The position numbers and the translations under genes are program-made. From Thermodesulfobacteriota bacterium (GTDB lineage: Bacteria; Desulfobacterota_D; UBA1144; Nemesobacterales; N074bin48): 27,978 nt of DNA. The stretch covers positions 1 to 27,978 of the forward strand of contig JBFFSH010000031.1 of NCBI GenBank assembly GCA_041572575.1, in the 5' to 3' direction. The notes beneath the pieces are model-generated. The model searched no databases. It was not told the DNA's origin and saw nothing but the letters and a program-made list of their open reading frames with translations. This document shows, piece by piece, positions 15,872-24,272 of this stretch (positions are counted from its first letter, which is position 1; each line of letters starts with the position of its first letter).

Positions 15872-17107
15872 CTAAATTGGAGAAAAAAGGATTTCTCCGT
15901 TTACCATGGACATCTGCAGCTCACTGCGTGTACTCGAAACCACACTCAGGTAAGGGTCAGCATAGTAGTTTTGTGGGCTTACAAAAATAAGATCAGCAGC
16001 CTTGCCTGGTTCAATGCTTCCAACTGTATCCTCAATGAATAGAGCTTTTGCCCCGCCCAGTGTTGCTGCATATATTGCAAATTTGGCCATCTCTGGCCCA
16101 ATAACATCGCAGTACGTAAGGTATAAAAAGCTTAATTCTTCAAACATATCCAGATTGAGGTTACTTGAAAGACCATCGGTGCCAAGCCCGATTCGGTCAA
16201 GCTCTTTATATAGTTTTACCGGTGGAAGGCCGACATTTAAAAATTTATTGCTTCTTGGACAGATAACTACTCCAATATCATTTTCTTTTATAATCTGCAG
16301 CTCCTGTTCCAATACATGAACCATATGAATTGCTGTTGTTTTAACCCCTTCAAAAAAATTATTTTTAGTCATGTAATCAAGAGATGTATTGGCTTGTTTT
16401 CTGGGGAAGTTCTCTTTGCCCAGAAGCGGATATATCGAACTTTCAAAATGATTTTTTTTATTATTTATAAAAAGAGATTCCTGCTGGCTTTCGGCTAAGT
16501 GGATTCCATAGCTGTTGCCATGTTTTAAACTGTGTTTGTGTACTTCAGATATAGTCTCAGGAGAGCAGGAGTATGGGGCATGAGGAAAAAGTCTTTCTTC
16601 ATAGAGTACAGATTTCTCAAGTTCAATATCAGCAATTTGATCTATGTCTCTATCAAAGACTTCTTTGAAAATTATTGTTCTTAAGAAGCAATTTTTCAGT
16701 GGTTGTTTGTCGGCTCCCTCAAAAGAAGATATCTCAGCAACTGTAGTAGTGCCTGATTTAATAAGACGTCTTATTCCATTATTAACAGAGTTGCGAATCT
16801 GTCTATCAGATGGAGCATGATTTTTCTTTGCAGAAATTATCTGTTTAATCCATTCAGTAAAATTACTGAAACCGCCAATATGTTCTGTTATCCATCCCAG
16901 TTCTAAATGGGTATGGGCGTTTATAAAGCCTGGAAGAAGAATTCCCTTTCCAAGGTCTGTATGTCTTACGTCTTTATATTTGGACACTAATGAATCTGTT
17001 GGGCCGATTTCTAAAATCTTTCCGTTTTCGATATATACAGAGGAGTTGTATATAGGTTTTGAACTTATTGGTAATATAGTTTGAGCTGATAATAGTTTTT
17101 TTTGCAT
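15872..17107 (-). CDS. Metal-dependent amidohydrolase, likely aminodeoxyfutalosine deaminase-like
   Basis: PGFINAHTHLE, PHAPYS, HLAES, CPRSN, GTDGLSSN, GSIEPGKAAD. mqnA/mqnD lie about 4 kb away. Confidence 0.75.
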   Translation of the reverse strand: MQKKLLSAQTILPISSKPIYNSSVYIENGKILEIGPTDSLVSKYKDVRHTDLGKGILLPGFINAHTHLELGWITEHIGGFSNFTEWIKQIISAKKNHAPSDRQIRNSVNNGIRRLIKSGTTTVAEISSFEGADKQPLKNCFLRTIIFKEVFDRDIDQIADIELEKSVLYEERLFPHAPYSCSPETISEVHKHSLKHGNSYGIHLAESQQESLFINNKKNHFESSIYPLLGKENFPRKQANTSLDYMTKNNFFEGVKTTAIHMVHVLEQELQIIKENDIGVVICPRSNKFLNVGLPPVKLYKELDRIGLGTDGLSSNLNLDMFEELSFLYLTYCDVIGPEMAKFAIYAATLGGAKALFIEDTVGSIEPGKAADLIFVSPQNYYADPYLSVVSSTRSELQMSMVNGEILFSPI

Positions 17108-17126
17108 GATTAATTATGAAAGTTCT

Positions 17127-18002
17127 TTAATATTTGGGATAACTTGATGTTTGTATTCTTTTTATTGTCTCCTGGCTAAATGTGCCCTCAAAAACCTGCT
17201 CAGCCGGGCCTTTCATTCTTAGAGTCCAGTCGTCATTAACTTCGATACTGAGTATACCTCCGGGCATAATTACTGAAAGTTTTTTGTCTGTTAATCCATT
17301 TTTTACCGAGGCGCTTGCAATAGCACAAGAGCTGCTACCTGATGCAAGAGTATATCCCGCACCCCTTTCCCATATAAGAGCCTTAACTTCAGATGCCGAG
17401 ACAACCTGGGCAAACTGAACATTAGTTCTATTTGGAAAGAGTTCATGGTTTTCAAGCATGGGGCCTAGTTTGTGGATTAGATTATCATCGAGTTTATCAA
17501 AAAATATAACGCAGTGGGGATTTCCTACTGTGACTGCAGTAAATTCCAGAATATCACCATTTACCCTTATTTCTTCTTTTACTACCTCTCTTTTTTTACC
17601 AACTACCGGAATATCCTCACTATCAAAAGATGCTTTTCCCATATCTACAGTTATAAGATTTACTTTACTGTCTGTTACTTCCAAATCTGCTTTTACCAAT
17701 CCACCCAGAGTTTCAATAGAGAAGGTTGTCTTGCTTGTATATCCATAATCAAATAAAAATTTAGAGAATATTCTAATGCCATTACCGCTTTTTTCTGCTT
17801 CACTGCCGTCGGGGTTTAATATCCTGAGCCCAAAATCGGCTGTATCCGAAGAGGTCAAAAGCAGTATGCCGTCGGATCCTACTCCATAGTTTCTGTTGCA
17901 AATAAGCTGTATCACTTCTTTTGTGAATTCAAAAGATATTTGTTCAGGGTCAACAATGATATAATCGTTTCCCAGTCCATGTGACTTTACAAAATTCTCC
18001 AT
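17127..18002 (-). CDS. dapF: Diaminopimelate epimerase-like protein with Cys-to-Ser at both catalytic positions
   Basis: KSHGLGNDY, G.GSDG, NPDGSEAEKSGNG, VDMG, GNPHCV, FPNRTNV, WERGAG.TLASGSS, PGG.L. Confidence 0.8.
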   Translation of the reverse strand: MENFVKSHGLGNDYIIVDPEQISFEFTKEVIQLICNRNYGVGSDGILLLTSSDTADFGLRILNPDGSEAEKSGNGIRIFSKFLFDYGYTSKTTFSIETLGGLVKADLEVTDSKVNLITVDMGKASFDSEDIPVVGKKREVVKEEIRVNGDILEFTAVTVGNPHCVIFFDKLDDNLIHKLGPMLENHELFPNRTNVQFAQVVSASEVKALIWERGAGYTLASGSSSCAIASASVKNGLTDKKLSVIMPGGILSIEVNDDWTLRMKGPAEQVFEGTFSQETIKRIQTSSYPKY

Positions 18003-18083
18003 TTAAATCCATCCTTTAAAGATTACAAATTCTATTTATATATCATATTCATATGATTTCAAAAATAAGATAATCCTTAATAT

Positions 18084-18485
18084 CTATAAAACTTCTTCCT
18101 TGTAGCCCTCAGACGACCTAAACACCACTTTAAACAAGTCATCATTGGATATAATCCCTACAAGCTTCCTGCCATCCATAACTGGAAGATACCTCACATC
18201 TTCTTCGTACATTAAACGAGTAATATCATCAATGTTGTCATTTACCTGCGCGCATTTAATAGTTTCTGTCATAACATCTCTTATCTTGGTATTCTTGACG
18301 CTTTTTCTTCGGGCCACGACCCTGCTCAGTAAATCACGTTGTGTAAAAATTCCAAACGTAGGTCTTGGAGTCTGCACAATAAGTGCGCCTATCTTATTTT
18401 TATCCATAATTTTAACCGCGTCCATAACCGAAGTATCTTCACTTACAGACAATACCTCATGTGTCATGATTTCACTTGCCTTCAT
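18084..18485 (-). CDS. CBS domain-pair protein
   Basis: IMT..V, IGALIV, GIFTQRD, DVMT, LPV....LVGIIS..D. Confidence 0.92.
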   Translation of the reverse strand: MKASEIMTHEVLSVSEDTSVMDAVKIMDKNKIGALIVQTPRPTFGIFTQRDLLSRVVARRKSVKNTKIRDVMTETIKCAQVNDNIDDITRLMYEEDVRYLPVMDGRKLVGIISNDDLFKVVFRSSEGYKEEVL

Positions 18486-18707
18486 ATTAGATACCCCCTA
18501 TTTCGAATTTATCTACATATTGATTTATTTTACAACATTTATTCTGTCTTTAATTAAAAAACTTTTAATATAAAAAGGATCTTTGATGTACGCTGACAAA
18601 ACATGGACTATGAAACCAGGATGAAGGACTGTGGAGTATGCACAATGAAGATACTGTATGCAACGAATAAGAGTGGTAGGACAGTTGAAAGATATTTAAG
18701 CCAGCCG

Positions 18708-20147
18708 TTAAATTTTAGGCACAAATGACTTATGTTGAGTCTTTGCCCTAATAAGAAGTGTTATTACAGTGGCAATAGTGGTAATGGAAAGGAGTATCAA
18801 ATCCATCCGGATTCCCAATATCATGTTTGGAACTACTCCAAAAAGTGACATAAGAAATATTACAAGACTAGCTGCTGTAAAAGTAGGTATTACTGAAGAA
18901 AACTTTATTTTATTATAAAGAATTGATACTAAAATCATTGGTGCCATAAGAGCAGTTCCCATAAACCCGTTGATTGCAAGAGATATCAGCTCTTGTGGGC
19001 TTTTCATTGCCACAATAAAGGATACTACACAAAGTATCAGAATCACTCCTTTAACAAATATCACAGGAGAAATTTTCAATTCTTTACTGTATTTTGAAAA
19101 AAAGTTGTTAATCTCCGAGCCAAGTGCAAAAAACTGTGAATCCGAAGTTGACATTGCTGCAGCAAGAATACCAATAAGAGTTATAGCCCCTAATATTGCA
19201 TGCTGCTCTAATATTAATTGACCAATAAATTCAGGGCCGGTTTTTGCAGGTATTGCCACTGCGCCATAAAGACCAATAATTAAGCCGGCAATCAGGAGCA
19301 GGAATGTAAAGGATGCATGCAAAACAGGCACTTTGCGTCTTTCATTAAATCCTTTTAATATACCAAGCCTGGATGTAAGCTGAGGTTGAGAAACCGGCAA
19401 TAGAACTATTGATATAAATGCTGCCAGAAGCCATTGGACATTTAATAGCCCATTCGGTCCGGGAGTAGAAAGAAGCTCTGGTTTTGTTTCCTTTACAGAA
19501 GATATAAGTTCTTTTATTCCTCCAAAATCCATTAAAATTATAGCGGCCATTATCCATATAACCGTGAAAAGCATGATTCCCTGAAGCGAATCAGCATACA
19601 TAATTCCCCTGAGTCCTCCTATTGAAGAGTAAATATACATTAATACTAGTATTGTTATTGCCCAAACCCACTGAGGAACCGGGAATGGTACAACACTCGA
19701 TAGAAGCCCCGATGCACCTTTCACCTGAATTGCAATGTATGGCACAAGAAAAATCACAAGGCCAATTACGTATACTATGGTTCCGGGGGTACCAAAATCG
19801 TCTTTTATTATATCTGACATACTTCGGTAACCTACTGATGAAACTCTTTTCCCCATTTTCATAGCCAGCCAAAGCGTAAAAAAAGCAAGTACCATATCAG
19901 TTACACCTAAAAATATCCATGTTCCCACACCATGAACTCTAAAAAAATTAGGCATTCCTATTAAAATAAATGTACTGTAGAGGGTGGCAAAAAAAGTCAG
20001 AAATCCTATAATGATTCCTAAATTCCCACCGGCTAGAAAAAATTGGTCTGCATCACCTTTGTTTCTTCTGTTTCCAATTACGGCAAGGCTTATGAGTACG
20101 ATAAGATAAATAATAGCAACTACAATAAATGTTATACCTTTGTCCAT
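18708..20147 (-). CDS. Sodium:solute symporter (SSS) family transporter
   Basis: FFLAGG.LG, AT.YS.F...G.PN, GGLRG..Y.D..QG, AAAMSTSDSQ; about 13 TM segments. Confidence 0.9.
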   Translation of the reverse strand: MDKGITFIVVAIIYLIVLISLAVIGNRRNKGDADQFFLAGGNLGIIIGFLTFFATLYSTFILIGMPNFFRVHGVGTWIFLGVTDMVLAFFTLWLAMKMGKRVSSVGYRSMSDIIKDDFGTPGTIVYVIGLVIFLVPYIAIQVKGASGLLSSVVPFPVPQWVWAITILVLMYIYSSIGGLRGIMYADSLQGIMLFTVIWIMAAIILMDFGGIKELISSVKETKPELLSTPGPNGLLNVQWLLAAFISIVLLPVSQPQLTSRLGILKGFNERRKVPVLHASFTFLLLIAGLIIGLYGAVAIPAKTGPEFIGQLILEQHAILGAITLIGILAAAMSTSDSQFFALGSEINNFFSKYSKELKISPVIFVKGVILILCVVSFIVAMKSPQELISLAINGFMGTALMAPMILVSILYNKIKFSSVIPTFTAASLVIFLMSLFGVVPNMILGIRMDLILLSITTIATVITLLIRAKTQHKSFVPKI

Positions 20148-20162
20148 ACAAACCTTACAAAA

Positions 20163-20360
20163 TTAGTCCTCATCTTTTGATGTAATCATAGCCAATAAAA
20201 GAATTAAATATATAAATATGGATATAAGCATTCCTGCCCATAAAGTTCTTGGTAGTCCTAACACATATGGCTCTGTAATTCCATATGGAATTACAAATGG
20301 AGTAAAAGCCAATATTGCTAGAATAATTACAATTATCGAAAGACAGCTCCAAATACTCAT
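20163..20360 (-). CDS. Small 2-TM membrane protein, probable SSS partner subunit
   Basis: Two TM segments with EPYVLGLP..W, directly upstream of the SSS gene, as for DUF3311/DUF997-type partners. Confidence 0.7.
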   Translation of the reverse strand: MSIWSCLSIIVIILAILAFTPFVIPYGITEPYVLGLPRTLWAGMLISIFIYLILLLAMITSKDED

Positions 20361-20499
20361 TTAGATATTCCTCTATTCTATTGAATAATATTGAAAGCAA
20401 TCGTACTAAATTAATTTGAATGTGTCAATCTAGCCTGTGCTATTTTAGATGACATATATGCCTAGAAATTAAGTACAAAATTCGTAATATACGACAATC

Positions 20500-20859
20500 A
20501 TGCCCGCTGTTAATTTAATTAATATAATGATATCAGCATATTATCTAGGAATTAGCAGGCTGTTGGCATTCATTATCATTGGTCCTTTCCTGGGATTTTT
20601 TGGAACGGGTTTCTATTCAGGCTTCGGCGCTCTTTTTGCTGAGGTCTTTCCTACCAGGGCAAGAGGTACGGCACAGGGTTTTTGTTACAATGTAGGAAGA
20701 CTTGTAGGGTCTTTGGCGCCTCCTCTGGCAGGTTATGTATATGCAGCGTTTGATAATAACTACGGCCCTGCATTCCTTATGCTTTCGCTATTTGCTGTGG
20801 CTGCGGCTATTACTATAATGACATTTCCGGAGACCAAGGGTAAGGATCTGGAGATTTAG
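20500..20859 (+). pseudogene. C-terminal fragment of an MFS transporter
   Basis: AEVFPTRARGTAQGFCYNVGR and terminal PETKG motifs. Only the last 3-4 TMs are present, with no upstream coding space. Confidence 0.75.
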
Positions 20860-20946
20860 TATCTAATCTACTGATATATGCATAATAGATAGAATTTCTT
20901 ATTTTAAATTAAGGATTTCTCTGCCTTAATATTATAACTCTATTCT

Positions 20947-20986
20947 GTGCTTTTTATCCCATCACACGTGCTTAAATAATAAGCAC
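20947..20986 (+). promoter_or_regulatory. Tandem NtrC-like enhancer sites
   Basis: GTGCTTA-aataa-TAAGCAC palindrome (20968-20986; TGC-N11-GCA) and a weaker GTGC-N11-TCAC (20947-20965), 21 bp apart and about 85-105 bp upstream of the -24 box. Confidence 0.65.
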
Positions 20987-21069
20987 AATTCTATAAATAT
21001 ATACCCTATTTTATTTAGGTAATATGAAATAATTCAATAGTTACAGTATGTTACGCCGCCCTGTCAAAC

Positions 21070-21086
21070 TTGGCATACACATTGCA
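21070..21086 (+). promoter_or_regulatory. Sigma54 (-24/-12) promoter of amt
   Basis: TTGGCAT-acaca-TTGCA matches TGGCAC-N5-TTGCW. Confidence 0.85.
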
Positions 21087-21127
21087 ATTTAAAGCCGAAA
21101 ACCGACTTCAAGATGGAGGTATTAGAG

Positions 21128-22465
21128 ATGTTGAGATTTGCACCGGAGAAAAGAAAATCAATCTACTTTTGTATCATGTCGTTACTGGTAATAGCAGTTT
21201 TTGGTACAATGAGCTCTTTTGCACAAGAGGTAGAAGAGGGGCCTACAGCTTCACATGCAGTATTTGTAGCAAATAACGTATGGATGCTTGTTGCTACTTT
21301 CCTTGTATTTATTATGCACCTGGGATTTGCGGCTCTTGAAACAGGTCTTACTCGTTCCAAGAACACTGTAAACATACTTTTTAAAAACGTATCAATCATT
21401 TCCATCGGCATACTTACTTATGCAATCTGCGGATTTAATCTCATGTACCCCGGAGAATTCGGCGGCTGGTTAGGTTTTGCAGGTTTTGGAATTTCATCTC
21501 CTGAAGGCGCTGCAGGACTGATTGAATATGCAGATGGCGGCTATACTTACTGGACTGATTTTATATTCCAGGCGATGTTTGCTGCAACCGCTGCAACTAT
21601 TGTTTCCGGTGCAGTAGCCGAGAGAATCAAGATTGAAAGTTTTCTTGTGTTTTCAATAATTTTTGTAGCAATTGTTTATCCAATCGCAGGTTCATGGAAA
21701 TGGGGCGGCGGATGGTTGGATGCAAAAGGTTTTTATGATTTTGCCGGTTCGACCCTGGTGCATTCCGTAGGCGGCTGGGGAGCACTGGTAGGTGCATTCC
21801 TTCTTGGGCCGAGGCTTGGTAAATATGTAAGAGGCGGAATGAAGCCAATCCCCGGTCACAGTTTACCGCTTGCAGCAATAGGGGTATTTCTGCTATGGTT
21901 TGGCTGGTACGGTTTTAACGGCGGTTCAGTTCTCTCAGCTGACCCGGAGCTTGTTTCACTGGTATTTGTTACTACATCCCTTGCATCGGCAGCAGGAGTT
22001 GTAGGTGCTATGGTTGTTTCATGGATTATGTTCAATAAACCTGATCTCACTATGGCTCTAAACGGCGCTCTTGCAGGTCTTGTTGGGATAACAGCAGGCG
22101 CAGATGTAATAAGCCCTATGAACTCAGTGATAGTAGGATTAATAGCAGGTGTAATAGTAGTATTTTCAGTAGTATCTTTTGATAAGATCAAGATTGACGA
22201 TCCGGTGGGTGCCATATCTGTTCACCTTGTATGCGGTATATGGGGAACACTTGCAGTCGGAATATTCAGCGCCGATCACAGCGTGTTAATTCAGTTGCTG
22301 GGTATAGCAGCATACGGAGTATTTACGGTTATATGTGCTTTCGCTCTATTTCTATTAATTAAAGTAACCATGGGTCTTAGAGTAGACGAGCAGGAAGAAA
22401 TGGAAGGTCTGGATTTCTCTGAACATGGTCTTGAGTCATATCCGGATTTCTCTAAATCAAATTAA
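21128..22465 (+). CDS. amt: Ammonium transporter (Amt family) with N-terminal signal peptide
   Basis: FQAMFA, SGAVAER, DFAGSTLVH, WFGWYGFNGGS, NGALAGLV.IT, DDPVGAISVH (twin His intact). ATG at 21128 follows ggaggt. Confidence 0.96.
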   Translation: MLRFAPEKRKSIYFCIMSLLVIAVFGTMSSFAQEVEEGPTASHAVFVANNVWMLVATFLVFIMHLGFAALETGLTRSKNTVNILFKNVSIISIGILTYAICGFNLMYPGEFGGWLGFAGFGISSPEGAAGLIEYADGGYTYWTDFIFQAMFAATAATIVSGAVAERIKIESFLVFSIIFVAIVYPIAGSWKWGGGWLDAKGFYDFAGSTLVHSVGGWGALVGAFLLGPRLGKYVRGGMKPIPGHSLPLAAIGVFLLWFGWYGFNGGSVLSADPELVSLVFVTTSLASAAGVVGAMVVSWIMFNKPDLTMALNGALAGLVGITAGADVISPMNSVIVGLIAGVIVVFSVVSFDKIKIDDPVGAISVHLVCGIWGTLAVGIFSADHSVLIQLLGIAAYGVFTVICAFALFLLIKVTMGLRVDEQEEMEGLDFSEHGLESYPDFSKSN

Positions 22466-22524
22466 AAATTAAATGAGAAATGACAAAATATACAAATCAT
22501 TATTTTAAAGGAGGGAATTAGAGT

Positions 22525-23685
22525 ATGAGTAAGATGACAAAGTTATTAATAGCGCTTGTATTTGCGGCTGCTACAATTACAGCAGGGCAGAACACAAGAG
22601 CAGAAGAAGACGCCGATGTTTCGGGTCTTATAAAGATGTTTGAGTCAATAAGCGTAGGTTTTTCTCTGGATACTACATATCAGTACAGCTTCAATGAACC
22701 AGATAGTGGTGATATCGGAGCAAGATCATTATATCCAGAAGATAATGAGTTTAACCTAAACGCCTTTACTCTTACATTTGAAAAAACACCTACTGCAGAC
22801 GGAACCGTGATGGATCATCTGGGTTTTAGGGCAGATATACTGTTTGGTGAGCATGCTGAACTTATTAATCCATCCGGTATAGACTCCGATGTAGTCTCAC
22901 CATATCAGGCATATATTCAGGTTATGCCAGTGGAAGGATTAAATTTTTATTTCGGTCAGTTTGTAACACTTGCGGGTTTTGAAGTGATTGAAGCAAAGGA
23001 TAATCCTAATATAAGCAGGGCTATTCTGTTTGGCTTTGCTATACCATTTACCCATACGGGTATAAGGGCAACCTATGAAACCGGACCATTTTCTGTTGCA
23101 CTTGGTGTGAACAACGGATGGGATCAGTGGGATGACGATAATGATGCAAAAACCATTGAAGCACAGCTTGGTCTTTCAGGAGGCAACGACTCCATGGAAG
23201 GATCATTATATGTTACGGGTTACTTTGGTAAAGAAGATGACGGACTTGGAAATGACGAATGGAGAGAGCTTGTAACGGTAGTGGGTTCACTGGCGTTTGG
23301 TCCTCTTTCACTCTATGCTGACCTTGACTTTGGATGGCAGGAGATTGCAGGCCCTGATGACGATGCATTCTGGTGGGGTATTGCAGGATATGCAGTGCTG
23401 GATGCTCATCCAATGATAGATCTTGCGCTTCGTGCTGAATATTTTGATGATGACGACGGCTTCAGGGGTTTTGGAACAACAGTATGGGAAGTAACTCCAA
23501 CTGTAATTTTCAAACCATTCAAGGGTATGCCTAATAGTGATCACAGCGCATATCTGGATAATTTTGAATTTAGATTAGAGTATAGATTTGATAAGGCAGA
23601 TGCAGCAATATTTGAGGATGAAGGTGGGGCTGATGATACACAGCACACTGTAATGGCTCAGGCTTTATACTGGCTCAATCTGTAA
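22525..23685 (+). CDS. Outer-membrane beta-barrel porin (DUF1597/BBP2-like)
   Basis: Signal peptide; GF.AD..FG, QAY, GQF.T..GFEVI....N.N.SR..LF....PFTHTG.R, NGWD, RAEYF.D, RLEYR.D; aaggagg RBS. Confidence 0.85.
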   Translation: MSKMTKLLIALVFAAATITAGQNTRAEEDADVSGLIKMFESISVGFSLDTTYQYSFNEPDSGDIGARSLYPEDNEFNLNAFTLTFEKTPTADGTVMDHLGFRADILFGEHAELINPSGIDSDVVSPYQAYIQVMPVEGLNFYFGQFVTLAGFEVIEAKDNPNISRAILFGFAIPFTHTGIRATYETGPFSVALGVNNGWDQWDDDNDAKTIEAQLGLSGGNDSMEGSLYVTGYFGKEDDGLGNDEWRELVTVVGSLAFGPLSLYADLDFGWQEIAGPDDDAFWWGIAGYAVLDAHPMIDLALRAEYFDDDDGFRGFGTTVWEVTPTVIFKPFKGMPNSDHSAYLDNFEFRLEYRFDKADAAIFEDEGGADDTQHTVMAQALYWLNL

Positions 23686-23759
23686 TGTAACACCGTTCCC
23701 AACGGACTAGGCTTTATGCTCTCCATACCTCCTTGACGCTGGGACAGTTTACAATATCT

Positions 23760-23791
23760 GTGAGCAGCTCTCCTCCTTGTGGGCTGCTCAC
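23760..23791. terminator. Hairpin terminator between convergent genes, loop contains CCTCCTT
   Basis: gtgagcagc(tc) / (gg)gctgctcac stem followed by T-rich ggttcttttattt on +. Confidence 0.7.
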
Positions 23792-24252
23792 GGTTCTTTT
23801 ATTTCTTTCCAGTTAATTTTTTTTTGTTTCAATATTGTAGCCACTGTGCCGGGTGATACAGACTTTGAGACAAGTTTATTTTTAGTGCATGTTTTAGCAA
23901 GTTTATCCAGGGTCCATACATCAGTTTTTAATCCATAGTTTCGTGGAGAATCTTTTACCATAGTGATTAGCTGTTTAATTGCAGACTCACTAAACTTTTT
24001 TTGATTGTCGTGTCTTGCATGTGATTTTTCGGTAAGACATTTAAGTCCCACTTTGTTAAATGTATTAATTGCGTCCCTTACACACTGATCACTACAGTAT
24101 AGAATCTGAGAAATTTGAGTTGAGTTTTTTCCTTCTGCACTGCTTAGTATGATCTGGCATCTTCTGAGAACAAATGCACTTGCCGAGTTAAGACCCTTAT
24201 ACAAATGATTTATTTCAGACTTTTTTAAATCTCTTACAAAAATTTGTTTCAT
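23788..24252 (-). CDS. IS630-type transposase N-terminal HTH/wHTH region without a DDE domain
   Basis: RRCQIIL.SAEG....I, VR.AI..FN..GL..L, SPR.YG....WTL..LA, TV..IL....I.WK. Stops where the catalytic domain would begin. Confidence 0.75.
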   Translation of the reverse strand: MKQIFVRDLKKSEINHLYKGLNSASAFVLRRCQIILSSAEGKNSTQISQILYCSDQCVRDAINTFNKVGLKCLTEKSHARHDNQKKFSESAIKQLITMVKDSPRNYGLKTDVWTLDKLAKTCTKNKLVSKSVSPGTVATILKQKKINWKEIKEP

Positions 24253-24272
24253 AAAACAAACAAAATACCCTT

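Noticed and set aside
20170..20400. Alternative 76-aa ORF overlapping the small SSS partner gene
   Set aside because: The 65-aa frame gives a coherent 2-TM protein with a family-like motif; this frame does not.
21025..21045. IHF site between the enhancer and sigma54 promoter
   Set aside because: aattcaatagtta matches WATCAANNNNTTR only with two core mismatches in AT-rich DNA. Plausible but unsupported.
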